Below are positions 12,670 to 25,863 of a stretch of DNA of 64,000 bases, in pieces. How positions within the stretch are numbered: position 1 is the stretch's first letter; each line of letters starts with the position of its first letter. The notes under the pieces are model-generated. The model ran no database searches, was not told the DNA's origin, and saw nothing but the letters and a program-made list of their open reading frames with translations. The stretch is taken from NCBI GenBank assembly GCA_030295235.1, contig AP026126.1:682001-746000 (forward strand), written 5' to 3'. This stretch comes from Fistulifera solaris (lineage: Eukaryota). The translations under genes were made by a program, and so were the position numbers.

Positions 12670-14017
12670 ATGACGAGACGTAGTAACGAAACGGTGCGGA
12701 TGATGGAATTTTTCAGTGGGATTGGTACGTCGGGTGCGAATGAAACATAAAATAATCGTGCCTCTTTTTTTTTATATGCGTCCTGACTTTATCATCACGC
12801 AACATACATTTTTCCACAGGTGGCATGCGTTGCGCCGTGGAACAAGTAATTTCAACGAAGACATTGTTGTGTCGAGCGTTTGATATCTTCGATGAGGCCA
12901 ATGCAGTATATCGCCACAATTTTAGGGACGATTCCGTAAGCGTCGATTTTCCCACCGGAGTGAGCACGAAATTGGTGGAACAACTTCGACCTGACGATAT
13001 ACCTGCATCCGATTTATGGACCATGTACGTCTTTCCTTAAAAGTTATCGAATGTTTCGCTTCGGCTGTTTTATTATTATTTGTTTTCTCATCGATAATGA
13101 CAATATGCGGCACAAGGTCACCCCCGTGTCAACCATTTACTACCACACGCTTTGCCAAACAGAAAGATCTAGACGATAGACGCACGGCAGGTTTTCAAGC
13201 ACTATTGAAGCTCTTGTGTGCATTACCTTCCGACAAACGGCCCCGCTGGATTTTCTTGGAAAATGTCCCCGGTTTCTTGCAGAGTCGTGCCCGAACCTTT
13301 TTACACGAACACTTGAAGCTCGCTGGCTATCCGAGTTGGAGTGAATTCGTTCTTTCACCGGTTGATTTGGGCATTCCCAATCAACGCACGCGATATTACA
13401 TCATGACGGAGTTCGGTAGTCGACGATTCGACAATCATTGCAGTACTTGTTGCGAGGATCTGTCGCCTTTTCTTGTAAGCGAAAGTTCTGATATCCACTC
13501 CAAGAAGCGAAAACGCGAAACGAGTTCTTTTCGACGAAAGCTTGGATCGTTTGTCGACAAATCGTTACATCAAAAGTCACCTCGATGGAATCAGTTCGTA
13601 TTATCGGACGAAATACTTTCGAAAGATTGGGCTCGCGAATTACCGATTGTCCGCCTTTCGAACGAGGACAACGACAACAAAGAAGGCTCAACTCGAATGA
13701 CGTATTGTTTTACGGCTGGTTATGGCCGTCAACTACACAAATCGACCGGAAGCATACTATTTGTCCCGAAGGAACAATCATTATCATCAAGCCAAGAAGA
13801 ACAAGGAAGAGACAATGACTCCTCGATGGTGGAGCGATACAGCAATCAGCTGAGACGATTTTCACCCGAAGAGTTACTTGGGCTCTTCGGTTTTCCTCGC
13901 AACTTTGCTTTTCCCGACAGTACTGGATTGGAGCACCGTTATCGTCTAGTGGGGAACTCGATCAACTTATTCGTGGTTTCGGCACTGCTGAAGGAGCTCC
14001 TTGGAGGTGAGGCTTAG
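12670..14017 (+). CDS. DNMT2: DNMT2/TRDMT1-type cytosine-C5 methyltransferase
   Basis: Motif I E-F-x-SGIGG across an intron, SPPCQP, LENV, DNMT2-diagnostic CFTxxY (CFTAGYG), terminal GNS. Two introns. Confidence 0.88.
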
Positions 14018-14171
14018 GCGACCATTTTGTAAATGTAGTGTTGCATACAACATAGATTTCAGATCTGCAGGGGGGACAAGTTCAATAATTTGTTTCTTTT
14101 TGTCGGTAAATAAAACGAATAGGGAATGAATGTTTACTATTATTGTCCGCACAGAGTGTTCATCGATTATC

Positions 14172-14432
14172 GCCAAGACTGGATTTTCAGTCATCATCTA
14201 GTACAAGTGTGAATCTATCGGCGTTTCGTGCTAACGCCATGATCAACCTCTTCCCCTATAGACTCGACCTTTCTTTAATTTAGCTGCCAAAAATTTTATG
14301 TAACTACATTTACGATGCAAGGCAAGATAGCCGAAGTCGAAAAATTCTCCCAGATCTTGCATTTCAAATTTACTATCGTCCAGAATGTAGGACGATTTTC
14401 TCCAAGACTGGATTGTTGTTCACGAGTCATGA
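14172..14432 (+). repeat. Two copies of the dispersed palindromic repeat
   Basis: GCCAAGACTGGATTTTCAGTCAT (14172) and TACTATCGTCCAGAATGTAGGACGATTTTCTCCAAGACTGGATT...GTCATGA (14371). Confidence 0.75.
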
Positions 14433-14578
14433 GCTAGAACAAAATCGAAAAACACCGAAAGAGACGCAGAAACAACTCAGAGCCCGCATAACGCTTGACG
14501 ATGAAAATAAGTCAATCTTATTAACGATTAAATACTTTAATACTTCAATAGCTTTTCGAGACAAGATACTGGTGCATA

Positions 14579-15395
14579 ATGACGGATACTAATACAACGA
14601 GAAGTCCCTCCGACACAAAAGGGATTGATATTCGACAAGCACTAGATATTTTGTCGGCACGAGGAGACCATGCTGGACCTTTGCGAGACGGTCCCCAATG
14701 CGGTTGTTGCGAGAAACCGCCTAATTTTGCTTCCTTGGGACAGACAATTCAACTGGTCGATTCAGACAATAATGAACATTCCAAAACCGCTGATTTACAG
14801 GAAATGGAAGACTTGAAGAAAAAAAGTAAGCGAAGAACGTGCGAAGCGACGGAATGAAATGGAGGAGAAACTTGGCAGCTTGAACAAAGAAGAGTTGATA
14901 AAATGCTTCTTCGAAGCACAAGAGCAGCGCGTTCAAACCTATCGACTCTATGATCAGTAAGTGCAAAACACCAGTTTCATTTCAATTGAACGAGCTCCGC
15001 TCTTCTTACAATATTTACAATGTAGAGGATTGGATCGCATCCTGGAAACGGGGCAGATCCATGAATATCCATCCCTCTGTACGGAAACAACGGCTACCTT
15101 CTCGGTCCTCAGTGATAGCATTAACAATATTCGCAAGGTATTACTCGAGAAACTGGAACAGACATCGGTCGCTGAATTGATAACGCAATTGCAGGACAAG
15201 GAACGAACCAAATTGAATCTAACGGCTGCCCTACATTTAGAACGAATTCGTATTCACAATCAGCAAGCTTCCGATGATCGCATAACCAAGCTCTTGATGG
15301 AAGGTGCCGCTTCCTTGCGCGCACAAATGAGAGAGAACATTGAAGAAATAAATGAGATTATGGACGAGTTGCGGTGTTCTTTGATGGACGAATGA
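14579..15395 (+). CDS. REX1-B domain protein (required for excision 1-B family)
   Basis: FFEAQEQRVQTYRLYD, intron, ...TATFSVLSDSI...LQDKERTKLNLTA...IEEINEIMDELR helical pattern. Confidence 0.65.
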
Positions 15396-16021
15396 AGACG
15401 ACTCGATTGTCATATATTGGTATCGTTTGATTCGTCTATCTTAAACTTTGGCAGGGAACACAAGAAAAAGTGAGAGAGAAGTCAAAACAAAATTTTGTCG
15501 ATGCATTCCGCGTTGAAATCGAGTTTGAGCCGAGGAAATTCTTCGTCTTTTTTCTACTGAGGACTGTAGAAATGCATCTAAAGCAATTCTTTTCACCAAT
15601 CTCGCCTATTCGAGCATCGTTGATACCCTTCATATGCTTTCTTTGTTGGGCGGAGTATTTCGTAAGTAGTGTACCAGGTACTCCGTTTTGTAGATTGGCT
15701 AGAGTCTTGACTGACACAGGCACTTAGCCTGAATTAATTCATGTATGGCAATAAATACAACAAGAGCGTGCTACGGAGCATAATTCCGTTTTGATCTGCT
15801 AAGGTAGTTCAGTAATATTGTGCTTAAGCGAGTGCCTATCGGCAGAATCCTGTTGAAATGGATTTAAAATACAAGACAAACTCATCCGGGACTGATTTTC
15901 TCAGCCGTGAGAGAATAAAAAGAAAAAAATAATGATAGAATCGTAATGACGAGATGCAATTACTTTTCAACGTTGAGCCATCACGAACAATCATGATAAC
16001 GAAAATAACAAGAAATGAATA

Positions 16022-17816
16022 ATGACACGCATTCACTATCCTTTAGAAACCTCAAACGGATGGATTGGTTTCTTAGATGCTGCCACGGTCGAGGAGAATT
16101 CCCGATTGCACCGCAACGAAAATGTGCACCCTGAAGAACCTATCGACGATGATGTTGCAGAAAATCAAGCAGATATTATTAATCTGAAAGAGGAAATTCA
16201 AGAAGAAGGACACTTGAGTGAGAATGACGTTGAAAACAAAGCTCATGAAGAGAAAGATGACGATGACGAAAAGGTTTTATGTTTGAACTGCTGTTGCTGT
16301 CGATATTTCCCGCGCATCTCTTTACTGTTTATCGGTATTTTGTTTCCATTGTGGACCTTAATTTCCATCAGTACACTCTTTGGCATTGGCTTGTCGGTCG
16401 TGGAATCTCCGCACGAAGGTACGTCCCTTCGTTCAGGATGCCTACCATATTTCGCACGATGACTCTCCCCAGCTAGTTCTCACCAACTGCTCCCGTAGTG
16501 CACCTCAATGATCAATTTATGGCCAGTCGGACGGAAATACTGCTTTTTTCTTCCGGTGCCAAAAACTTTACGCGACAAATACCCAAAATATGCCTCAAGA
16601 TCTTTCTGGAGAAGTCACGACAGAACAACATTGAAGAGATCGCCAAATTGATCCAGAGCATCTATTTTAATGACTCAAGTTATGTGCCGCCTCTTGTTGA
16701 TGCAGCCAATTTCACTGAATTAGTACTGATTAATGTTACCGATCTTGACGAGCACATGAAGGAGTGTGGGCTTGCTGCTGATCCCGTTGTGGAACGTTTG
16801 CTGACATCGCTTCTCGATGCTTACCAGAATCTTCCCGGAGCACTGACGTTTAATTGGATACGATGTTTTGACGGAACAAGCGAATTCTTCAACGTGACGA
16901 ACCTTCGCCCCGATTCTCAGAAAAAATACTACGAAAGTGTATGGGAAACGCATCAACAAGAACTATACAAGCAATTTCTAGAAGAAGAAATTGAACGAAT
17001 TCAACGGTTTCCAGATTTGGAGCCAACGTTCAATGCAACCGCCAAATTTCGTGCATTTAATCGTTCCATTCACGAAGCGACTGGTGGTACTGGCTGTGAT
17101 TACAATACAGCAGCATCCGGTAAGTGCGAAATTGCAGTACTCGTCGCCCCTCTCAGGAATGTTCTGACAATCGTCGTTGTACATAGTCTGGTTTTGGTTT
17201 ACTGTCATGACCACCATGGGCTACGGAAATCAAGCTCCTGCCACATGGCAAGGGAGAGGGTTGATCTTCTCGCTGGGGTTCTTGTCGATCTTGATGTTTG
17301 GTGTCATCCTGCAAAGAGCGGGTCGTGTGATTAGTGCCCTTTTGATGACGTGCTGTCCCATCTTCGTTTACAAATTTTATCTAAATCATGGATCTTGTGC
17401 GCCATTTGGGGAATGATCTACTTTGGGTACATGACGATCAACGCTTACTACATCAAATCATGGAAATTGAGTCGTTTGGGCGAGACCTTTTCACTCGCGG
17501 AAGGCTACTGGTTTTCCTTTATCAGCTTCACAACCATCGGTCTCGGTACGTTTCTTTGTTTATCAATTTCCCCATATGAATTCTCTTGCTAGATCCTTAA
17601 ATGCATTTATTGCCAGGTGACATCTTCATCGAACCCGAGGTACTTATACCGGTGGATATGATCAATCTACCTTTCATCTATTTGGTCGGATTTACATTTT
17701 TTGCTGCTTTTCTAGAGAATGTTGTAGCCTGCTTTCCAAAAGGTAGAAAGTTGAGGCTGCTGGATGCTTTGATAGAAAGGATTCAAAAACGAAATAATAC
17801 TAGTAGTAAACATTAG
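16022..17816 (+). CDS. Two-pore-domain potassium channel
   Basis: Two pore loops, WFWFTVMTTMGYG and YWFSFISFTTIGLGD (across an intron), with TM helices and a large extracellular cap. Three introns. Confidence 0.85.
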
Positions 17817-18126
17817 CTTGTAAAAACTAGACTAGCAGACGAAGTGTGAGCTAAATTAAGCGTAATTGATCAGTACCGATACGATGCTGCGTGCTCTTTA
17901 GAGAGTGACTCTGCTTACTGTGCGTGTCGGAACAGTTCATGCCCTGTCCTTCGTCCCATCTAACGACGAAGAGCTGCAAAGAACTTGGACGAAGGCCCTC
18001 TCTCTCGATCACGACGATGACAAAAGGCAACACTTGTATTCAGTTGAAAGCTAGCTGTGCAACCATTCGCCCTCATCATTGAATTCTAATCTAGCCTATA
18101 AAACGTTGGCTTTAACTGAGAAAAAA

Positions 18127-19732
18127 ATGGTGGAAGATACAAATATGACGGACGCTGTCGACACGGCAGAGCCCGTAACACAGAGAAAGAAAGTAGAGAT
18201 TGAACTACCTCCTTTGGAGGCCGCAGCTCGGCGTCTCGAGAGACTCCTTGGCGGAGGGCTTTCGGATAAAGATAAAATTCTGGACTTTTATGCGAACCCA
18301 GTCAAGGTTGTCCGAAGATGGTTGGGTACTTCCTCCGGTGCAGCCGATGAAGCGACAGCGGAAGCTGTGAAAGCCTGCGCCGCAAAAGTATTAGATCCTA
18401 GCGGTCCTTGTGGTGGAGGATATAAACTTCTCGTGTCTTCCCAGCAAACGAAAAGTGAAGAAACTTTTCTGTCAATGTGCTCCTGTCGTGAAGTGGAGAG
18501 CTGGTTGCTGAGTCTGGCTGTGAGAATTTTGTGGAAACAGGGGAGTTTCAGCGAAGCACTCGAGTTGTCGAACAAAGCGGTCGATATAATGGTTTCCCAT
18601 ATGGAAGAAAATTCATTCCATGCCTCTACGGCTCCGGCGTCTTCTCTTTTCCCTTTGATGGCGCGTATGTATCGTCTCCGCGCATTGGTTGCGGAGTCGA
18701 TCAACGATGCAAATACTTCCACTATGCTGCGACAGGACATGGCTCATGCCTACAACATGGCCACTCTGCGTCGAGATGTCGATACGCAAGCAACGCTTTT
18801 GAATTGTATGCTGAGAGATCTGTTGAAAAATTCTGAAGGTAAGCTGTCGGTGTTTTCATTTGCAATTGCAGGCTAGAGATTATGATTTTCACTTACTAAA
18901 TGTCTCTTCACCGTTTTCTAGTCGAACAAGCCGAAAAACTGCTTTCAAACTCGACTTTCCCGGAAACAGCCTCCAACAATCAGCTTTGTCGCTACTTGTA
19001 CTACAGTGGGCGCATCCAAGCGATGCGCCTGGAGTACACCCTCATCGTATTCGAATTTGAGTCAATGTCTACGAAAAGCCCCAACAAACACAGGAATTGG
19101 TTTTCGCATCGCGGCACAGCGTCTTCTCATCGCAGTCCAGCTCCTCATGGGAGAGATTCCGGAGCGTCATGTGTTTTTTTACAACAGGGATGAAACAGGA
19201 ACTGGGACCGTATCTTTCCATCACGCAGGCAGTGCGATGCGGAGACTTGGCTGTGTTCACAAAGGTGATTTCAGAGCAGTCTGCGCGTTTACAGCGCGAT
19301 GGCACGTACACGCTCATCTCGCGACTTGCGCATCAAGTGGTGAAGGCGGGATTGCGTAAGCTTCATATGAGTTACAGCCGCTTATCGCTACAAGATGTTG
19401 CCGACCGCCTTGGCCTGCCTAGCGCGAAGTCCGCTGAATACGTAGTAGCAAAAGCGGTCCGCGATGGTGTATTGGATGCAACGATCCATCACGAAGAAGG
19501 CTACGTACAGAGCCACGACTTGGTCGATGTATATTCAACAAAGGAACCAACGGAAGCGTTCCATCGACGCATTGCTTACTGTCTTACAACCCACAACGAC
19601 GCCGTGAAAGGTATGCGGTACCCCCCTGATGCATACAAGAAGCAGCTGGAGGCGAGTCGTGGCAATCGCCGAAAGAGAGGCGAAGAGAAGACGGACGAGG
19701 AACTCGAAGATGAGCTGGATGATGAATTGTAG
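18127..19732 (+). CDS. RPN3: 26S proteasome regulatory subunit RPN3/PSMD3
   Basis: [54 protein letters not shown]. Confidence 0.95.
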
Positions 19733-19968
19733 CCTACTGATGAATATTTAAGAACGGTTTCTTTACGGACATCTGTCATGTACTGTTGAACGCTAGTTCT
19801 TGGTTGTGTAGTATTGAAAGTAGGAATCTAGGGAATTAAGTTTTCTAGCTCCTACAAATGACTAACAAACAAGTATGTAAAACAAGCTTCATGGCCAAAA
19901 TTCCGGACTGAGCAGACTCAAATCCAATTGTAACAGCGCCCTCGACGCAAGGCAGCTATCTTCGTTGA

Positions 19969-21703
19969 TCAGCCTTCTTGCGGTGGCCGTGCGTTATTCT
20001 CGTGTTCAGTTGGATCCGCGTCATCTACATGGTATCCCCCGGCCTTCCCCACGTGAACTCGTTTGTGTTGAACTTTAAGTCGCTTGTTTCCGATTTGAAA
20101 TCCGTTCATCTGCTCGATGGCAGTTTCAGCAGAAATCACCGAATCGTAGGACACAAACCCTAGTCACAAAAAGGTGTAAGAATCCCTGCCAAGAAACTTT
20201 GGATGAGGTTGTCAGGACTTACCGAAACCTTTACTTTCACCGGTGTACTTGTCAACGAAAACCTTTGCGCTCAATACATTTCCAAACGGATTGAAGGCTG
20301 TTGCCAAGTCTGCGTCTGACAAATCATGTGGAAGGTGGTAAACAAATAGATTAGCTCCTGCAGGACCCTCCCTCGGTCGAGGATTCGGGGGTCGCATGTC
20401 TTGCCGAGTTTGATCGAACGCATACATGGGAGGAGCATACTGTTGCGGGTACATGTATGGATGAGCTGCCGGATGCTGCCCAGGCGGTCCATAGGTTGCA
20501 GCAGCGTATTGTGGATACTGAGGTGCAGCTGCTGCATGAGGATGAATCGGCATGTGTGGCATAGGAGGAGGATACACAGGGTAGCCAACCGGATGTTGCA
20601 TCATCTCATGCTTTCTCACGCTTCTGATTTGTCGTTGCTGTCGCTGCTGTTTATTATCAGCAAACTTGACAATAAGCGGCCGAGCAGCTCCTTCCATCAT
20701 AATGTTGCCATTCAAGTTTTCAATTGCTGCTAAGGCGGATTCGCGGTCCACGAAGCGAAGGAAAGCCGCGCATTTGCTAGATCCGTCTGGATTCCTTATC
20801 ATGTAAATCTCATGAATTTCACCAAACTGAGCGAACAACTCATGTATTTCTTTTTCGCCTGCCTTCCTTGAGAGCATTCCAATGAATAGTTTATTCTCTG
20901 GGACTAGAAAAAGTAGTCTGTTGAGACGCGTAAGCAGATCACATTGAAAAACAACGATAGAACATACCTGATGGTTCAGCAGGCTTCACCTGAGTGGATC
21001 GTTTCGCCCCAGGGAATGTGAATTTGTCATGCAATGCCTCCTGCGCTCGCTGTGCATCGGCTGAAGACCAAAATGTAACGAAAGCGCAACCCCGATGAAG
21101 TCCGCTGTGTCGATCTCGAATGATTGCCACATCCTTTAACGGCCCAAAAGAGTCAAAGGTGGGGAAAATTTCTTCTTCGTTCATATTTTTGGGAACCTAA
21201 AAAATGCAGCGAACAGTTTTTTTATTAGCAACTACATCTCGCGCATAACCCAGAATATCAATTGTGTGAAAGCAGCTTCATGACAACTACTCCGTATCAC
21301 TTACCTGCCCTACGAAAAGCTTCATCGGTGGGTCTTCGTCATAATCTTCTGCCTCATTTTCTGTTCCTTCTGGGTTATTGCTTTCGCTATTTGGCCCCGA
21401 GCTTGATAGCTGATCTGTTCCAATGCTATCATCTTGTTTAAAACCAAGTGACTGAAACTGATTCTCGAGACCCGCCATTGCGACTGCTTCAGGAGGCATA
21501 ACAGGCATACCAGAACCGACATACAATTGTTGCTGTGTTAACTCCCCATTCATTGAGGGGTGCAATTGATGACTTTGCGCAGATTCATGTTCGTAAGCGT
21601 TTGTTGCGCTGATATGCCCCTTCTGTGAATCATAACCGCTGGGCTCGTTTCCATCTCGAGGCACGTCGTGCGAGGGAAGAGCCACTCCAGATGGCTGTTG
21701 CAT
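19969..21703 (-). CDS. CELF/Bruno-like three-RRM RNA-binding protein
   Basis: [53 protein letters not shown] over four exons. Confidence 0.92.
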
Positions 21704-22395
21704 CGTAAGTCCAATAATCATAAACACCGGTATTAACGTTAATTCTCAAGCAACGCGACAATTCTGTTTTGCGGCAGAGCTTCATCAGCATTGCAGCGAA
21801 AGAGAGGTGCGCTGCAGAACCAAGGCATTCAATTATAAACAATTTGGTAGCGTTCGGTACATAACGCACGTCGGCCGGTTTACTTTAAAATTTTGACAGT
21901 TGTCGGGCGCGCTCGTCCCGCTTTCAACATCTAAGTATCCTCGTAAAGAACTCGGTTAACTGAAAGAATTTGTATTTGAAATCAAAACTGTGGATCACAT
22001 ATAAGTGTGGCCTTCTAAGTACCCAAACTGAAAGTCGCGGATCAGTGGGTTTCTTAAACGCTTTAATGAAGTACAATTGTGTACAACAGGGTACTCTTGA
22101 TGTCAGAATTCTTTTGATGGAAGGTGACATTCGACATTCTTCATTCGGTGCGCCATCGCACGTGCGCAGACTATCACTTAAAATGTGAATGTGATAACCG
22201 GATGAAGGTTCCGCCTACTGTGTAAAAAAAAGAATTGTCTCAGATCCATAGCCCTTACCCTAACAGAGAAATTGTTGGATGATGATGTAAACTCCTCGTC
22301 TCATTTGCTTCATTACAAAGTATAAGAGCTTGCCTCTCCGCGCTAAATTGTCTTAATTATTTGTTCGGATTCATCGTCGTCGTCGAATCAGTCGA

Positions 22396-23113
22396 ATGGG
22401 ACAAAACAATCATCACCCCATAAATCCGGACGCAAAAGCAGCTTTTTGGGTTGCAGCGAAAAACGGGTTTCGAAAGTTCTTCAAAGAAGCGCCTGAGGCA
22501 TGGAAAGGGCCGGAGTCGCGGTTTTACCGAGATGAGCGACGAATGGTATTAACTCATGTCGAACCGTTCTATTACGGGACGATGGTGGGTGTATTCTTAT
22601 TTCGCGACGTTCCGGATATCGGGGAGCCGGAGGTATCTTCAGTTCCGAGATAAATTTCTTTTTCGAAAAAATGCAGATGTTGTGCCGACTCAAGCACTCC
22701 CAAAGTCGAATTGGAAGAGCCATATTGAAAAGATGGAAGAAAAACAGCAGTCTTCTTTCGAAGAAGCGCTTAGTGGTCCCATGGATTTACTTTTAAGCGT
22801 TGTCTGTGCTTTTTCTTCGGCAATGTGGCTGTCGAAGCCAAAGCGACTTGTCGAGGATCTTTCCCAATCCCCTTTACTTCCGGGACGGAGCCTGATCTAC
22901 ACATGCGCCTGCCCCGAGTTCACTGATATATACGACAAATATTACGAAGAAAGAAAGTCCCTACCTGATGGTGATGATCTCCTTGTGGCGTTTCAGGCGT
23001 TTGCTCTGAATTGCAAAGCTAGATCGCGCGCCATAGCCACTCGTGAAGAGAACGGGAACGAGCAACCAGATGTCATACCTTACCCAGGAATAAAAGGAAT
23101 GCGACAGTCGTAG
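22396..23113 (+). CDS. Hypothetical membrane protein
   Basis: Two overlapping ORFs joined by a frameshift near 22600. Two hydrophobic segments, PLLPGRSLIY motif. Confidence 0.55.
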
Positions 23114-23424
23114 CACAACCGAGATGTCGCCACTTGTTTATCATTTTTCGATTGCTGCTTTGCGATCATAATAAAATCATTCGAGCACACTTTTCTACTG
23201 TCTTTTGAGACCATTCCTTCAATCATCGAGTTAGAATCTTCTACAGAGAGCCGCGCATCAGGACTATACAAAAACTAAAGGATCGGCGGTATGGTGATCA
23301 TTTCAAGTTACTGGTGTTAAAAGCTCTATGCACCGGGAACCTTTTCCTACCATAATCTACCGCTTGGAAAAGAGGATTGCGAACATCCGAATAATACCAG
23401 AGCAACCGCTCAAAAAACCAAAGC

Positions 23425-24640
23425 TTAAAGGCACTGCGAGAAATAGGTCGAGAATTTCTTACAGGTCAATCCTGAGCAGCAAGGTCGCGAGCGGCAATTC
23501 TGGTAACGGGGAACGCACGTCGTAGGAGCAGCAACGGGGGCCTTGACGGGAGAGCTGACAGGCGCAGCAACGGGAGCCTTGACAGGGGTAGCGACCGGGG
23601 CCTTCACTGGCGCCGCGACAGGTGTAGCAACGGGAGGAGAAGGAGACGAACCATCCAATACCGCGACTAGGAAAAAAGGACGAAAAGTAGTCAGACTACA
23701 CGTGCAACGCTACTATCTCCAGAGCAATGTAAGAACACTTACTTTCGGCACAATTCCAGAATTGTTCAGGATATCCAAGCCCATCGGTCGAGTACGGGAG
23801 TGTGCACTGTCGTAAGGAAAGGTTACTGCGACCAATATCGGCCGGAATGCCTGCATAGTAGTCAACGTATCCAGGAGGGAGACAACTGCAAACGAACAAA
23901 GAACAAGCGAGGAGGACATGAGCGTATGCACATAAATTGAACACAGATTTTCTGTTAAAAAGCCTGTATTACTTACGAGTTGGACGTGATGTAGCGCCAC
24001 TGTTTTTGTTGATGGCAATAGTCAATAGTGGTACAAGCAAATTCAAAATTTTGAGAAATATCAAATTCAAAAGGGAACAGAGAGCAAATTCAAAACGTAC
24101 CTGAAGGAGGACTTGACTGCCCACCAAGTTGCTGGGCAAGCGAAACTTCATGGTGTACGACAGGTGTCGGCCGGCCAAGTAACCACGTTCGGGATAATCA
24201 GGATCCTGAGGCAAACCGTAATCCACATCCTGCACAAACTCCAACGGGTACGAGTCCAAACACGCTTGCGTCGACTGGCGGCCCTTGGGACAAGCACGAA
24301 GTTCAATGTGCCCCCAATGATGCGCCGTGATTTCGGTCTCAACCGTGATCACTTGACCGCGCTGGTACGTGGCCTGCGGCCTCCAGGGCATCGGGACTCC
24401 GGTCGAGTCGAGCCACTTGTCGTAGTCGTTGGCCTCGCCTTTACCGCAGACACCGCTGTTGCGGTTCAAGCAATGCCAGCAATACTCCTTGGGCGGCACA
24501 CCCTGCTTGGCACCAGTGGTACCCTCCGCGTTAGCAACCTCATTGCGACTGCGAGGCGAAACAAGACCACCATGCGACTCGACGCTGGGCATCAAAGTGA
24601 CGAAGTAAATCAAAGACGAGAAGAGCAGGAAACGAACCAT
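23425..24640 (-). CDS. Secreted lytic polysaccharide monooxygenase (AA15/AA10-like) with Pro/Ala linker and CBM1-like C-terminus
   Basis: Signal peptide then His1 (VES-HGG), second His in TAHHWGH, QWRY, PEQFWNCAEI. Exons 24640-24101, 23999-23977, 23885-23743 and 23666-23425 splice in frame. Confidence 0.85.
23525..23635 (-). repeat. Coding 12-bp tandem repeat (PVxA/T linker)
   Basis: PVATPVAAPVKAPVATPVKAPVAAPVSSPVKAPVAAP. Confidence 0.85.
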
Positions 24641-25863
24641 GTTTTAACTTTGTCTTTCGAGTGCTGATTTTGAATGATGATTCTGTTTTATGAGTTGCAA
24701 ATGGCAAATCATCGAAATTGTGAGATCCCAGCGGGATGAAACTTTTGGGAGTTGCTGATGTAGATCGGTCCAGGGAATTTGAGTTGCGACTCCGAAGGAC
24801 CAATTTGACAAGAATGGCCATCGCAATGAACATAGTTCATCAGTGTATTTCTAGGTCAAACTTTTGGTTGTTAAATCGAGGATGTACGCGATTACCATTT
24901 CCAAAAACGCGGAGATGTTCAGTTGAACGGATGATGCGCAAAAGAAGACGGGACTGCGAATATTTATTGCCATTTTATTTCTCAAAAATTCATGTTGCTT
25001 CAGCAATCTTCAATGCAAAAAGTCAATCTCAATAGGCAAATAATGAAGGGCGCAAATGAGGCTCATTTTCCTTGTGGGAATTCGACGCGGAGAAGGATCG
25101 GAGTTGTTCTGAAAGTACTTGCCCAATGCGGGAAATTGGTTGAATGAATTAGCTTTGAGCGTTTCAACAAGATTGGGACGATCCCATGATATTGTTTCAA
25201 GGGTTCGACGCGTTCAAGCTTCTACATGGGACAGAATGGGCTTATCTATATTTTTAGAGGCAATGGTCGAGCCCGTCCCGTAATCCCTGACATCTGTCAA
25301 GGCAATTGCAATTCTCATCGTTCTACCGCACGGCTACATGGGCATCTCGGGAGATTGATAAGGCAACAAATCGCAAAAATGAAGCATCATAGCTTTGGAG
25401 ATTCACTAGTACAAATGAATGATACGTAACATCAACTTCAGCATTAACACGAACACAGCAACGAAAAAAATGAGCGTGCAAACACGTCGTAACGTTATTG
25501 GCTGTAGTGCCTGTATACTGTAGATATCCTCAATGAAAGCAAAATCGTACCGGTAATCTGACTCTCTAGAAAACGGCACGCAACTACTACTATCTGCGGC
25601 AACGTACCGGTACCGGTACAGTACCTGGTATTTGCTAGTTCTGTGTCCGATGTCCGTGGGCAAACCAGCAACAAACTCACCAGCGACACAGTCATAAAAC
25701 AAACATTACATTTAGCATAGCAACCCGCACTTTCCTTTCGTTTCGAACACTTCATCGTACAAAAATATCAATCAACTGTACCTCGAACTCGTCCTTGCTG
25801 AAATTAGATTGACAAGATCGTAACAATTTCATCATTGACAAGCATCGCCAAGTTTTCGGCAAA

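Noticed and set aside
12670..14017. C5 methyltransferase as a restriction-modification or defence gene
   Set aside because: The CFTxxY motif and introns identify DNMT2, and no nuclease partner is present.
14177..14440. Hairpin followed by CTAG as Helitron 3' ends
   Set aside because: Only two of about 14 repeat copies have CTAG downstream, so it is not a consistent terminus.
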